In this document: piece after piece, positions 1-12,600 of the stretch
Position numbering within the stretch: the stretch's first letter is position 1
Layout of the letters: each line of letters begins with the position of its first letter
Assembly (NCBI GenBank): GCA_964016885.1
Contig: OZ024743.1
Coordinates: 167,896,001-167,960,000, forward strand
DNA length: 64,000 nt
DNA from: Eledone cirrhosa
Lineage: Eukaryota
Direction: 5' to 3'
Made by a program: the position numbers and the translations under genes
The notes under the pieces: model-generated
Databases searched by the model: none
What the model saw: the letters and a program-made list of their open reading frames with translations, nothing else
Told to the model about the DNA's origin: nothing

Positions 1-2080
1 CCATTCCGGACAGATCCATACACGACAACCTCCACCTCATGCGATACATCATAGAGAGGGTGGTTAAGGAACCTGGCAAGGGTGGGGCCCTGATCAATTG
101 GATCAATCCAAAGCATTCGATAGGGTCGACCATCGGTACCTGGCGGCGGTCCCCGAGGCAGCCGGTTTCGGGCCCGTTTTCAGGCGTTGGATCGCAGCAA
201 TGTACAGCGACATCTGCTCAGTTGTGAGGGTGAACCGTCACCTGTCGCAGCCGTTCAGCATCATGCGCTCAGTCCGCCAGGGTTGTCCCCTCTCGTCCCT
301 CTTGTACGTATTGGCTCTCGAGCCGTTACTGCACAAACTGGGGGCGATGAGGGGCGTCCCACGCGAACTAGGATGCTGGATATCCGAGTCGGCTTACGCT
401 GACGACGTCACCGTGGTGGTGTTGAGCACCAGACACGTCCAGATGCTCGGCACCGCTCTCAAGGAATACGAAGCGGTGACAGGGGCAAAGATAAACCAGG
501 AAAAGTCGGTGGGCTTTTATTGTTTATATATATTGGTTATATATATATAGCTAGGCACCTGGAGAGGCAAGTCCATGCCGTCCGACAGCGTCGTGGGGCG
601 TTGGACGGACGGACCGGTTAAATTGCTCGGGGTCTGGTTCGGACCGGACCTCCAGATGGAGAAAAACTGGAACGAGGTGACAAGCAGGGTGGCCTCCCTC
701 ACCCAGAAATGGGCTGAGAGGAAGCTGTCCCTGAAAGGCCGGGTGGAAGTGGCGAATGCGTACATCGCATCCGTCATCTGCTACCGCCTCACCGTCGTCC
801 CTTGCTCCAGACCAACTCTCACCAAAATGGAGCGCCTCCTCTTCCGCTTTTTGTGGAAGGGACGCACTCCCATGGTCAGACGATCCATCTGCTGTCAACA
901 CCCGTTGCGTGGAGGACTGGGCATGCCATGGCTGATGGTGCCCAAACATGCGCTGAGGCTGCGACATCTCTGGTGCTTCCTTGATGGTGAAGGGGTGTGG
1001 TCGCCGTTCGCCAGGCACATTTTCCCACAGCTCGTCTCCTTGACGGAGCTGCAGTCCTGGGTCAGAAAAAGACCGAGAGATAGCGCTTGGAAACTGGAAT
1101 GTCTCCAGGCGCTCACTGCCCTCTCCCAGTTGGGCACCAGTATCGGTGGAACATCCACCTCGGCGTTCTGTAGAGGACTAGTGGAGGGGAAGAGCGACGA
1201 CATTCTCGGAGAGATCCTGGGCGTCGAAGAAGATCAGCTGTTTGCTCTCTTCCGGAGAACTTTCAGCCCGGGGCCTATGGATAACTTCCAAAAATCCCTG
1301 GCCTGGCTGTGCCACCGGGGAGCGCTGCCGGTTCGAGATAAGCTCTACAGGCACGGAAGTGCCGTCAGCCGAGCCTGTCCGAGATGCGCGCATAGCGACG
1401 AAACCGTTGTGCACGCACTCGTTCAGTGCCCGAGCATTGCTGACTTGTGGAGCTATGTCGAACAGTTGCTGTCACGTGTGGGACTGATCCGGTTGTCGAC
1501 TGAGTCCATTGTGCAGATGGTCTCGCCGTCTTCCTTTGAGGAGGAAGGGCAGGCGGTTTTCATCTGCCTGGTGGCCATGGCGAAAGAGATTGTGTGGTGG
1601 ACAAGGTTAAAAGGATTAAAGACAAAGACTTTCCTCTTCGGCGAATCCCTAATTTACTTTTTCACGTTTCACTTGAAGAGGAAAATCAGGGTGGAGAGGC
1701 AAGTGCTGCTTTCTAGCAAGTTTGTTGAAAGGTGGGTGAATGTAGCGAGAATGGTCCGAGTGAACGGGACCACTCTGAATATACGTCTGTAGTTTGAGAG
1801 ATGGAAAAATTGGGAGAGGGCGCTTGCCCTGGTAGTCAGGGTGGCCGTGGTCTTTTGTGTGGTTTTCGCCACAAGTAACCCTCGGAGGTTTCCCCCTATT
1901 GGGGAATTTTTCATTGTTTCAATTTTCATTTTATTGTTTATATATATATATGTTTTATGTCTTTTTTCTTTTCTTATATAAATAATAAAAATATTTACAC
2001 GCACAAAACCCACATCGTACCGTCCTGTTCCGTCTGTGATGTTTTGCTTGATGTCAGCCCTTGTGGCCAATAAAGAAATC
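1..2080 (+). mobile_element. Tx1-group (L1 clade) non-LTR retrotransposon, family B, 3' part (ORF2 RT and C-terminus, 3' UTR); runs off window start
   Basis: ORFs 98-550 and 575-1792 carry RT motifs DQSKAFDRV, SVRQGCPLS and AYADD, plus GGLG and a C-terminal CPRC..DETVVHALVQC zinc motif. A frameshift near 100 and an AT-rich insert near 517-549 break the frame. Ends CCCTTGTGGCCAATAAAGAAATC followed by (ATT)n. Confidence 0.9.
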
Positions 2081-2096
2081 ATTATTATTATTATTA

Positions 2097-2396
2097 CAGT
2101 TGCATTTATCTTGCTTTATGTTCATACGAGTTACCACGACGTCACAACCAGTGACCTCAAGAGACAACAAGGTCCGCCATGTTCAAGAAAGAACATACAT
2201 ACTCACACATGCATCTTTAGTGTTTAGACTTGTGATGTACTTATATTGACATAATCTTCCTTAGTATATGGGCAGTTCCCATTAGTACTATCTTTTGTAT
2301 TTCTCCTATACGCGGGTTTCCTGGGATTTGCGATAAGTAATCATTAGACCCCTTAGGTGTCATTCCCGGAGCGCCTACAACCACTGGTATTGTTTT
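2097..2396 (-). mobile_element. R4/Dong family 2, short 5'-truncated 3' fragment
   Basis: Near-identical to the 3' end of the element at 25346-25640. The minus strand encodes the RLE C-terminal TIPVVVGALG...LMGTAHILRKIMSI. Confidence 0.8.
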
Positions 2397-2399
2397 TAT

Positions 2400-2479
2400 T
2401 ATCATTTGTACCGTCCTGTATTGTCCTGTACAGTCCTTAATGTCTACTTTATGTAAACCCTTGTGGTTAATAAAGAAAA

Positions 2480-2480
<1 letters not shown>
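2400..2480 (+). mobile_element. Tiny 3'-terminal fragment of a third Tx1-like family
   Basis: Ends AACCCTTGTGGTTAATAAAGAAAAT+(ATT)n, a variant of the Tx1 tail. Preceded by CCGTCCTGT as in the Tx1-B 3' UTR. Confidence 0.6.
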
Positions 2481-2512
<32 letters not shown>

Positions 2513-2514
<2 letters not shown>

Positions 2515-5500
2515 CTTGAATCTCAGTCATTGATGTTAGTTAACTGGAAAGTCCGTTGGAATGAATATCAAGCCACTACCTGCAGCCTCAGATATTCAGG
2601 ACGTATCGGAGGGTTCTTGCTGTTCCCAGCAAGCATGCCTTTTGAAGCGTTCCAAAAAGCGTGAAGGGGCCGATTTTCTTTAACCATCTCTGGAAACTTT
2701 TGGAGATAGTCCCCAGTGCGCCTATGACAATCGGGATCACTTTGACTTCATGGCAGTTCCAAATCCTTTTTACCTCCCACTTTAAGTCTTGGTATCGGTT
2801 AATTTTCTCCCTCTCCTTCTCTTGCACTCTTGTGTCGAATGGGCAGGCCACATCCACAATCAGACACGATCTTTTTTCTTTGTCCACAACCACCAGGTCA
2901 GGTCTATTGTGTTCCAGTTTCTTGTCCGTCTGTATCCTACAATCCCACAGCACCTTCACCTGATCGTTCTCCATCACCGCCTCTGGCTTATGCTCATACC
3001 ATTTCTCAGAATGTGGTAAATTGTTTACTTTGCACAGGTGCCAGTGGATCACCCTGCCCATCACATCATGTCTCCAGCCCTTATAGTGGGTCTGGGCTAG
3101 GTGTTTACACTCGGATACAATGTGAGCCAGTCTCCTCTCTCTCTCTCCACAGATCCTGCACAGTGGGCTAGCCTACTCCTTGTGAATATGGTGTTTCAAC
3201 CACTTCGTTTTGAGGGCCTGCTCCTGCGCAGCCATTAACATTCCTTCTGTAGCCTTTTTAAGGTCTCCTCTTCTCAACCAGTTCCATGTCTGTCGATCTC
3301 TAAATTCAGTTTTCTCAAAGAAGGTACTATGAAGGGATTTTTCCTGAAGGCTGCTTTTTCTCCTTGATGTTATTTCCTCCTTGGACATCCCCTGGCCTAT
3401 TGTCCCCTCCTTCAGTACAGTTCTGAGCATTGGCTCCTTACTATCAGTCACGTATTTGTGTAGGTTGTTTTTCTCCATCTGAACACAGTCCTCTATGCTG
3501 ATAAGACCTCTTCCACCCTCAGATCTCCTTAGGTAGTCTATCGACATCACTCCTCTTGTGGAACATGTTGTAGATAGTCAATAGCTTCCTAGTCTTCCTA
3601 TCCATTTCTTTTTGTTCAGCAACATTCCATCTCAGAATACCCGCACTGTACCTAATAATAGACACAGCTCGGGAATTTACTGCGCTTATGGCATTTCTGC
3701 TGTTCAGATGTGACTTCAATACGCTCCTTACACTCCGAATGTATACATTTCTTAACAATTCCTTCATTTTTTTTGTTCTTTATGCCATCAGCCTCCAGAA
3801 CGCCCAAATACTTGTATCCTTCCTCAGAGTCAATTTCCTTTATCATCTCACCTGTTGGTATCTGGATTCCGTTACTTCTGCTCAACCTACCAGTCCTCAT
3901 CACAATGACTCCACATTTACTAATACCAAACTGCATACATATATCACTGCTGAAAATACGGACAGTGTCAACAAGCACATCCAACTCCTTCTCACTCTTC
4001 CCGAAGAGCTTAAGATCGTCCATGAAGAGGAGGTGATTGATGGTAAGCCCTCCCTTTCCCAACCCGTATCCTGCTCTCACTTTTCGCAGTACACTGGTCA
4101 GGGGCATCAGGGCAAGGACAAACAACAGAGGGGACAGGCTATCTCCCTGGAAGATACCTCTCTTGATCTTCACGCTTCCCAAGGATTCTCCAGTTGATGT
4201 CAACTCTGTTTCCCAGGACCTCATACTCTTGCTCAACAACTGTCTGATGTTATCTGCCACCTTGAAGATCTCCAGGCTTTTGGTGATCCAAGAATGAGGC
4301 ACCATGTCGAATGCCTTTCTGTAGTCTATCCATCCCATGGCAAGATCAGTGTGTCTCCTCCTGCAATTCCCCATTACCATCTTATCAATAAGTAACTGGT
4401 CCTTTGTACCACGTGACTTCTTTCGGCATCCTTTCTGTTCGTCCGGTAACAAGTTGTTTGTGTGGAGGTGATGGTAGATTTCCTCAGACACAATGCTCGT
4501 CAACAGTTTCCACATTACGGACAGACATGTGATAGGTCTATAGTTGGTAACATCATTACCCTTGATTCGGTCTTTCATTATCAGAACTGTGGTACCTTTT
4601 GTCAACCACTCTGGTACCTCACCTGACATCAAGCAGTCATTGAACATGGTTGTCAGTTTCGGGTGGAGGGATGTTATATTTTTAATCCAATACCCCTGCA
4701 CACCATCTGGGCCTGGTGATTTCCAGTTGGTTAGTTTTTTGTCCTGCCCCTTAAGAGTTTCAACTGTGATACTCAAATCAGTTTTTTGGTGTGCTTGCTC
4801 ACCGATCTCCCTCTGTACTGTCTCAATCCACCCTGCCTGGTCATTATGTCTAACATCCTGCTCCCATATTCCTCTCCAGAATGTTTTAGTTTGTTCCGCC
4901 TCAGGGATCAAGTCGTTGCCTCTTTCTTTCCCCTCAAGCTGTCCAAACAGCATCTTCTGGTTGTTGTCGAACATGCGGTTCTGTTTATACTGACTGACTC
5001 TGTTCTCGTATCGCCTGATTTTTGCACTCTTTGCTACAATGCGTTGCTTCAGTTCCTCTATGATAATATTTAGCTTTTTCCTCCTAGTTTTGTACTTTAT
5101 TTCCAGTCTATTTTTAGTGCCTATGTTTTTTAGTGTCCCATTCAGTAGTGACTTAAGCTTTCCAATGTCATTTCTCATTTCCCTGATTTGACCACTCAGT
5201 CGTTTCTTCCACCAAGGCTCTTTCTTGTCTGTTGTTTCCCCTCGCTTTTATACCAAGTAGTTTCCTCACCGTATTTGCTGTTGCTTTGAGGATATTGTTG
5301 CACTGGTGAAGGCTCCTCGCCTCAAGGTATGGGATGACTTTGTTTACCTTAGCTGTTGTCTTTTAACTTTTTCCTGTCTACAAATCTTAGGTTCATAGGT
5401 CTCCCACTATCATTGTTCAATTCATCTACCACTAAATTTAGGATGTCAACCGAATCTTGTCCTAGCCCGTCAGCATTCATCTCCTCAGTGTCCGTATCTC

Positions 5501-7194
5501 TGTTCCAGGTATTATTTATCTCAGTATTCAGATCATTGTCTGCTTCGGGTGGTTCCTCCGTTCTCTCGACCTCTTCACCTTCATTTCCCACTGGCTCGTT
5601 TGCCTGGCATACTCCACCCTCCATCTCCAAGCTAATCTCTCTGCTCAGTTCCTCCAGTTCCAGCTCACTTGTCCAGCCATTAGTTCTTATTACCCGAGCC
5701 TGCCCGGCCAATTTTTGTTCATCTAATTTAAATAGACCAATCTCGTTCCAGATGTTATGCATCCGTCTCCTATAGCCCCTCTCCTTGGGGTTACTTTTCA
5801 TGTAACATTGCATAACAGTTCTATTCAATTCTTTCGTCCAGTTGGTTCTGGTCCCTTTCCTTCTTCTTCTTCCTCCGACACCAGCAGTATTTGGTTGACA
5901 GCCAGATTCCTGCTGCTGAGCCAGGGAGCACCTGTTGGGTGAGAGTCTGTCACATGACGTTCTAGTCTCCATTTCACCGTTATTCGAACTGTTTAGGTTC
6001 GATATTTAAACACTCTTATCGAGGATTGGCGAATGTATGGTTACATAACCATCTGTGGATTCACTGTCTCCGGTGGTTGCGTCACTCCACTTGGCACTTG
6101 TGTGGCATTATCACCACGCTGTAGACGAACACAAATAAACAAACAAACAAACAGGCAGAAAAAATCCCCAAAATGAATAAGCATAAGTTTCATTGTAATG
6201 TAGTGTTCGAATGTCTGACTTAGTTCTTCCCTTCTCTTCTCTGTCCGTCCGCTTGTTTCTCTCTTCATTCTTATTTTCTTTATGTTTTTTTTTTGTTTTT
6301 GTTTTTCTCTGCTTGTTTTTCTTTTTTTTTGTTGTTGTTGTTGCTGTGCTGCTTTGGTTTTGATTTTCGTTTTTTCTTTTGAGCCTATCTATATATTTTG
6401 ATGCCTTCCTCTTTTTTAGTAGGAATTCTTTAATGTGGTGTTGCTGCTGTGCTAGCAGCAACTAGCAGGAAGCAATGGGAGAGAATAGCGGCGGTAGCGA
6501 TACTGAGACAGTGGTGGTGGTGATGTCGATACTGAGGCAGTGGTGGTGGTGATGTGATCGTATTACTGTAGTGATGGTGTTGTAGCGGTGGTAGCAATGA
6601 AGGAGTGGTGGCGGCGGTGATGGGATAGTGGTAGTAATGATGGATGGGCGGCGTTGTCGTTACTGATGTCCGTTCGGTGAATCTATGGGGTTAGTCGCGT
6701 ACATGTGTTGACATAAATTCCCTTAATGTTGGAATTAAACATTTTGTTAAAACTTGGGACAATAATAATAGTATTTATTATTATCATTATTATGTTGAAA
6801 TTGGTTGTGGTGGTGGTGAAGTTGCCGTTATCTGGCTGTTGTGTTTAGTGTACACAGAGAGGTGATGGGGTAGATGGTGTATCTAGTTTCTGGTGTTCGT
6901 GAGATTGGTGTTGTTTGGCTGTTCTATATAGTGTAGACAGAGGAAGGGGGGGGGGGTTCTTCTTCCATTTATAGCCATTTTCTTTTTTGAATATACAATG
7001 TACAATACAAAGTTGAATATTTGAATATTTGAGTCTTATAACAATATATTTTGGGTCCGAATTTTTTGGAGGCTCAAGCCGGATGCTTTACGTAACATTT
7101 GTACTAAGAGTTGTTATTTCACAAATGATTTAAATATGTTAAAAATTCAAAACTTACGGGAGCGATTTCATGACCTTCTACCACCTCGTGCGTC
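2513..7194 (-). mobile_element. R4/Dong-clade RLE non-LTR retrotransposon, family 1, full-length but frameshifted
   Basis: ORF pieces 5349-5972, 3652-5178, 3519-3767, 3173-3550 and 2588-3064 give the N-terminal WTKELNRTVMQCY motif, RT ([37 protein letters not shown]), a CCHC and a restriction-like endonuclease (HNRPD..D..KINRY). There is a ~1.2 kb 5' leader, and the 3' end abuts (TAA)n. Confidence 0.92.
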
Positions 7195-7402
<208 letters not shown>

Positions 7403-8481
7403 TCCTTGAATCTCAGTCATTGATGTTGGTTAACTGGAAAGTCCGTTGGATTGAATATCAAGCCACTACCTGCAGCCTCAGATATTCAGGACGTATCGGA
7501 GGGTTCTTGCTGTTCCAAGCAAGCATGCCTTTTGAAGCGTTCCAAAAAGCGTGAAGGGGCCGATTTTCTTTAACCATCCCTGGAAACCTTTGGAGATAGT
7601 CCCCAGTGCGCCTATGACAATCGGGATCACTTTGACTTCATGGCAGTTCCAAATCCTTTTCACCTCCCACTTTAGGTCCTGGTATCGGTTAATTTTCTCC
7701 CTCTCCTTCTCTTGCACTCTCGTGTCGAACGGGCAGGCCACATCCACAATCAGGCACGATCTTTTTTCTTTGTCCACAACCACCAGGTCAGGTCTATTGT
7801 GTTCCAGTTTTTTGTCCGTCTGTATCCTAAAATCCCACAGCACCTTCACCTGACTGTTCTCCATCACCGCCTCTGGCCTATGCTCATACCATTTCTCAGA
7901 ATGTGGTAGATTGTTTACTTTGCACAGGTGCCAGTGGATCACCCTGCCCATCACATCGTGTCTCCAGCCCTTATAGTGGGTCTGGGCTAGGTGTTTACAC
8001 TCGGACACAATGTGAGCCACAGTCTCCTCTCTCTCTCCACAGATCCTGCACAGTGGGCTAGCCTCCTCCTTGTAGATATGGTGCTTCAACCACTTCGTTT
8101 TGAGGGCCTGCTCCTGCGCAGCCATTAGCATTCCTTCTGTAGCCTTTTTGAGGTCTCCTCTTCTCAACCAGTTCCATGTCTGTGGATCTCTAAATTCAGT
8201 TTTCTCAAAGAAGGTACTATGAAGGGATTTTCCCTTAAGGCTGCTCTTCCTCCTTGATGTTATTTCCTCCTTGGATATCCCCTGGCCTACTGTCCCCTCC
8301 TTCAGTACAGCTCTGAGCATTGGCTCCTTACTATAGGTCACGTATTTGTATAGGTTGTTTTTCTCCATCTGAACACAGTCCTCTATGCTGATAAGACCTC
8401 TTCCACCCCCAGATCTCCTTAGGTAGAGTCTATCGACATCACTCCTCTTGTGGAACATTTTGTAGATAGTCAATATCTTCC

Positions 8482-8482
<1 letters not shown>
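7403..8482 (-). mobile_element. Dong family 1, young 5'-truncated copy
   Basis: Open ORF 7478-8480 with [15 protein letters not shown] and RPD-type RLE; flanked by (TAA)n on both sides. Confidence 0.92.
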
Positions 8483-8540
<58 letters not shown>

Positions 8541-8551
8541 GTTATTGTTAT

Positions 8552-9457
8552 TCCTTGAATCTCAGTCATTGATGTTGGTTAACTGGAAAGTCCGTTGGAT
8601 TGAATATCAAGCCACTACCTGCAGCCTCAGATATTCAGGACGTATCGGAGGGTTCTTGCCGTTCCAAGCAAGCATGCCTTTTGAAGCGTTCCAAAAAGCG
8701 TGAAGGGGCCGATTTTCTTTAACCATCCCTGGAAACCTTTGGAGATAGTCCCCAGTGCGCCTATGACAATCGGGATCACTTTGACTTCATGGCAGTTCCA
8801 AATCCTTTTCACCTCCCACTTTAGGTCCTGGTATCGGTTAATTTTCTCCCTCTCCTTCTCTTGCACTCTCGTGTCGAACGGGCAGGCCACATCCACAATC
8901 AGGCACGATCTTTTTTCTTTGTCCACAACCACCAGGTCAGGTCTATTGTGTTCCAGTTTTTTGTCCGTCTGTATCCTGAAATCCCACAGCACCTTCACCT
9001 GACTGTTCTCCATCACCGCCTCTGGCCTATGCTCATACCATTTCTCAGAATGTGGTAGATTGTTTACTTTGCACAGGTGCCAGTGGATCACCCTGCCCAT
9101 CACATCGTGTCTCCAGCCCTTATAGTGGGTCTGGGCTAGGTGTTTACACTCGGACACAATGTGAGCCACAGTCTCCTCTCTCTCTCCACAGATCCTGCAC
9201 AGTGGGCTAGCCTCCTCCTTGTAGATATGGTGTTTCAACCACTTCGTTTTGAGGGCCTGCTCCTGCGCAGCCATTAGCATTCCTTCTGTAGCCTTTTTGA
9301 GGTCTCCTCTTCTCAACCAGTTCCATGTCTGTGGATCTCTAAATTCAGTTTTCTCAAAGAAGGTACTATGAAGGGATTTTCCCTTAAGGCTGCTCTTCCT
9401 CCTTGATGTTATTTCCTCCTTGGATATCCCCTGGCCTACTGTCCCCTCCTTCAGTAC
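8552..9457 (-). mobile_element. Dong family 1, young 5'-truncated copy
   Basis: ORF 8627-9316 has the same protein sequence as the preceding copy; flanked by (TAA)n. Confidence 0.92.
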
Positions 9458-9496
<39 letters not shown>

Positions 9497-9497
<1 letters not shown>

Positions 9498-9581
9498 TGC
9501 CTTTCATCCTTACGGTGTCGATAAAATAGAGTATCAGTAATGTACTGGGTAATTGCTGGCCTTGTGCCAAAAGTAGAAACA
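9497..9581 (+). mobile_element. tRNA-derived SINE, 5'-truncated
   Basis: GCCTTTCATCCTTACGGTGTCGATAAAATA core and GGCCTTGTGCCAAAAGTAGAAAC tail match the longer copies; (ATT)n on both sides. Confidence 0.85.
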
Positions 9582-9605
9582 ATTATTATTATTATTATTA
9601 GTATT

Positions 9606-12600
9606 GGTCTAAGCGGACGTATTTTGCTTGCTCACAGTAAGTCGCTTTATTTGCCTGTTAAAATTATTTGTTGTTAAATATTTCTTGTTGTGTAAGGGAT
9701 ATAAGCTCTTAGACTTTGCCCCGTGAAGGGGAAAGTATAATATTTGGGCCTTTTGGCCCGAATATTTGAACTTTTTTTTACATGTTAAAAAATTTACGAA
9801 GAAAAAAATCATGGCTGAGTCACGCCCCCCAGCGATATGTCGACTGTCGTGCGACAACGAAATAGCAGTTGAGAGGAGCGCTACAGTGAAATTAACACAC
9901 ATTGGTAACACAAACACCACCACAAACAAGGTAAACAAAGACACCAATGATACCAATAATAACTCTAATTTTGAAAAGAAATGACAGTAACAGCGACAAC
10001 GAAAATACAGATAACAAAAAAAAAGAAAAAATACAACAACAATATCAACACCACTAACATGAAAACAAATAGCGACAACACCAGCAGCAACAATAACAAC
10101 TGCACCGAGAACAACGGTGGCAACAAAGACAACAATGATAACAGCGACAGTGCTAACAACAACACCAAAAAGAACAACGACAACAACACCCCCAACGAAA
10201 ACAAGAAGAACACTTTCGCTGCGGCAGTAGCAAAAAAGAGGCCATGCATCAACATGGACCTCTCAAACAAAGATGAAAAGTTGGCCCAGGCATGGAAGCT
10301 CATCAAGCAAGAGCAAACTTGAGCCAACTTAACTGTCCCGGTAGAAGCTATTGAGGCAGTGGAGCGCAAAACGGTGCATTATAGATGCATCTCAGCACAA
10401 ACCAAAAGGGCAGCTTTAATCCCACAAGAAGATGTTGAAGTCGCGCTGAGGTGCATCAGAGAAGACACCCAGTACATAGAGAGGGGCAGACAGTACGGCA
10501 CCATTTCGGTGTTGTTCAAGTCAGAAGCCCTCGCTATGAAACACGCTATGACTCCTTGCAAAACCAGCAAGCTCATAATGTACCCCTCCCACATGGGAAA
10601 AAGAACGGCCCGTCTCCGCATTCCCAGAATCCCACCAGGACTTGACATGTGGTGGCTTCTGGGATGTGTGATTGTGGAGGGGACGGATACAGTCCCTATA
10701 GAAGTGACCAAAACGGCCAGAGAGGACTGGTCCGGGATTGACCTGGAGATCCTTCTCCGAGAATGTGAAGACAATTCCGGACCACATCCGCCTTCAGAAT
10801 GGGACGGTCATTCACATTATGACCGAAGGCAAAAGGCTGCAGTGTTTTGTTTGTGGGGAAAAACCCATTCGCGAGCCTTCTGCCCTCAACTGCTGAAAGA
10901 GGCAAGGGGTCGAAAGGCTCCACTGCTGCCGACGTCGGGGCGAGGACCACAACCAACACCAGCACCGGTAAAACCACCAACAACAACACCAACGGAAAGA
11001 CCACCACCAACATTGACCACCCAGGGGGGAAAGGAGGAAAGCTGTAAAATTCCCCCTCCCCCCAAAATTCACACACCAATAAAACCATAAACATACATAC
11101 AGACACACTTACAGACACAGACCCCTCATCTACCAGTAGTGAAAATGATGGAAATCCAAAATTCCCTTAAATACAAAAAAGGAAACACAAAAAGAAAAAA
11201 AAAACTCAACAAAGCACAAAAGCACCCACAATAAAAAAGGCAGACACAACCCACGCAAACATCTCTCCAATAACACCAACATCAACACCACCATCACCAT
11301 CACCAGAATCCCCCAAATTAAACAACCGAAACAGACGCAAGAACAAATATACACACAAACATCTGAAACCACAGACACCGCACTCACAACAAACACAGAT
11401 ACAACCGAAACAACACCACCAAAACCATCACCACCACAGCCACGCAAACAAATAAAATCACACCAACAAAGCATACAAAACTTCGTGCTCGTCAGGAGGG
11501 CCAACAAGGAACTGATGGCCCTCGTAGCACGAAGTGAAAATATACAAAAAGAGGGGGAAATTTTTAAATCGAGCACATTTCGCGTGCCGGAAGATTTGGT
11601 TCTGGTGCGAATGTCGCTCGAGATATTCAAAGAAATACGAGACAGCTTTCCTCGGGACGTGGGAACCCCGAACGTAAAACCCACTTCAAGACTTTTAAAG
11701 GGGTTCCCAAAAGAAACCCCACTAACTATGGAAGTCGAACAACCCGACCTTCACAAGAGCCCGGAAGGTAAGTTAACCTTCCTCCCTCTCTGTTTAACCT
11801 GCCAACATGGCCGTATTAAGAGTAGGATGTTTAAATGTTCGAGGCCTGGGATCGGCCTGCTCAATGACCTCAGGTCTATAGAAATGGATGTAATTGCCGT
11901 CTGCGAGACCAGGATTTCCGACACACGCGCACTAGCCCCCATTTTCGACGACTATCAGATCTTTGCATCTGTTAGCCGGCCGGGAATGGGAGGCGGGGTG
12001 GCAGTGCTGTTTAGGAAAGGCCTGGATCTCGAGGTAAGGTCGATCTTCCCGGACCCGGACAGGAAGTTGGTGGTCCTGGACGTGAACAATAACGAAGGTG
12101 GTGCCTTTAGACTGGTGGCCGTCTATGCTCCTACTGGGGCAGGGCGGCTGGACTTCTTTAGACGCCTGGAAGCCTTTCTGGGTACGTTTCGCCTTTTACT
12201 GTTAGCGGGGGACTGGAACGGCATCTTATACGCACGCTGGGACTGTGTGGGAGTATTCGATAGGAGCCGGGGGTGCAAAAGCCTCAAGAACCTGATCAGC
12301 CAGTTCCAACTGTCTGACAGGTACCGACTAGATTTCCCTAATGCACCAGTGTGGACCTGGGCTAACCGAATAGGGTCATCTAGATCGTATATAGACAGGA
12401 TATTCATTATGAAAATAGACAGAAATAGTGTAAGCTGTCCACGTTTTGAAACGGTTGCCTATTCAGATCTGTTTGTGATCTGTATGATCGACCTAGATAA
12501 GACGCGTAGGTTAGGACCTGGTTACTGGAAGACGAGGCTATTGGTAGTGGCATTGCAACTGATGTGCTAGCGGCGAGAATGGCATTAGACCATTTCTTCA

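Noticed and set aside
7100-7194. HDV-like ribozyme at the Dong or Tx1 5' end (TCCCGT resembles L3)
   Set aside because: No P1/P2/P1.1 pairing could be built.
7478-8569. ORF starting MTEIQGITITIIII fused to the Dong C-terminus
   Set aside because: Chance read-through from the neighbour's 3' UTR across (ATA)n into a truncated copy.
7403-9457. CRISPR-like or satellite array of repeated units
   Set aside because: The units are independently truncated Dong insertions of different lengths separated by target microsatellite.
11485-12570. Natural ORF1-ORF2 fusion protein in Tx1-A copy 1
   Set aside because: It results from a TAA>TTA mutation plus a deletion near 11850; the other copies have the stop.
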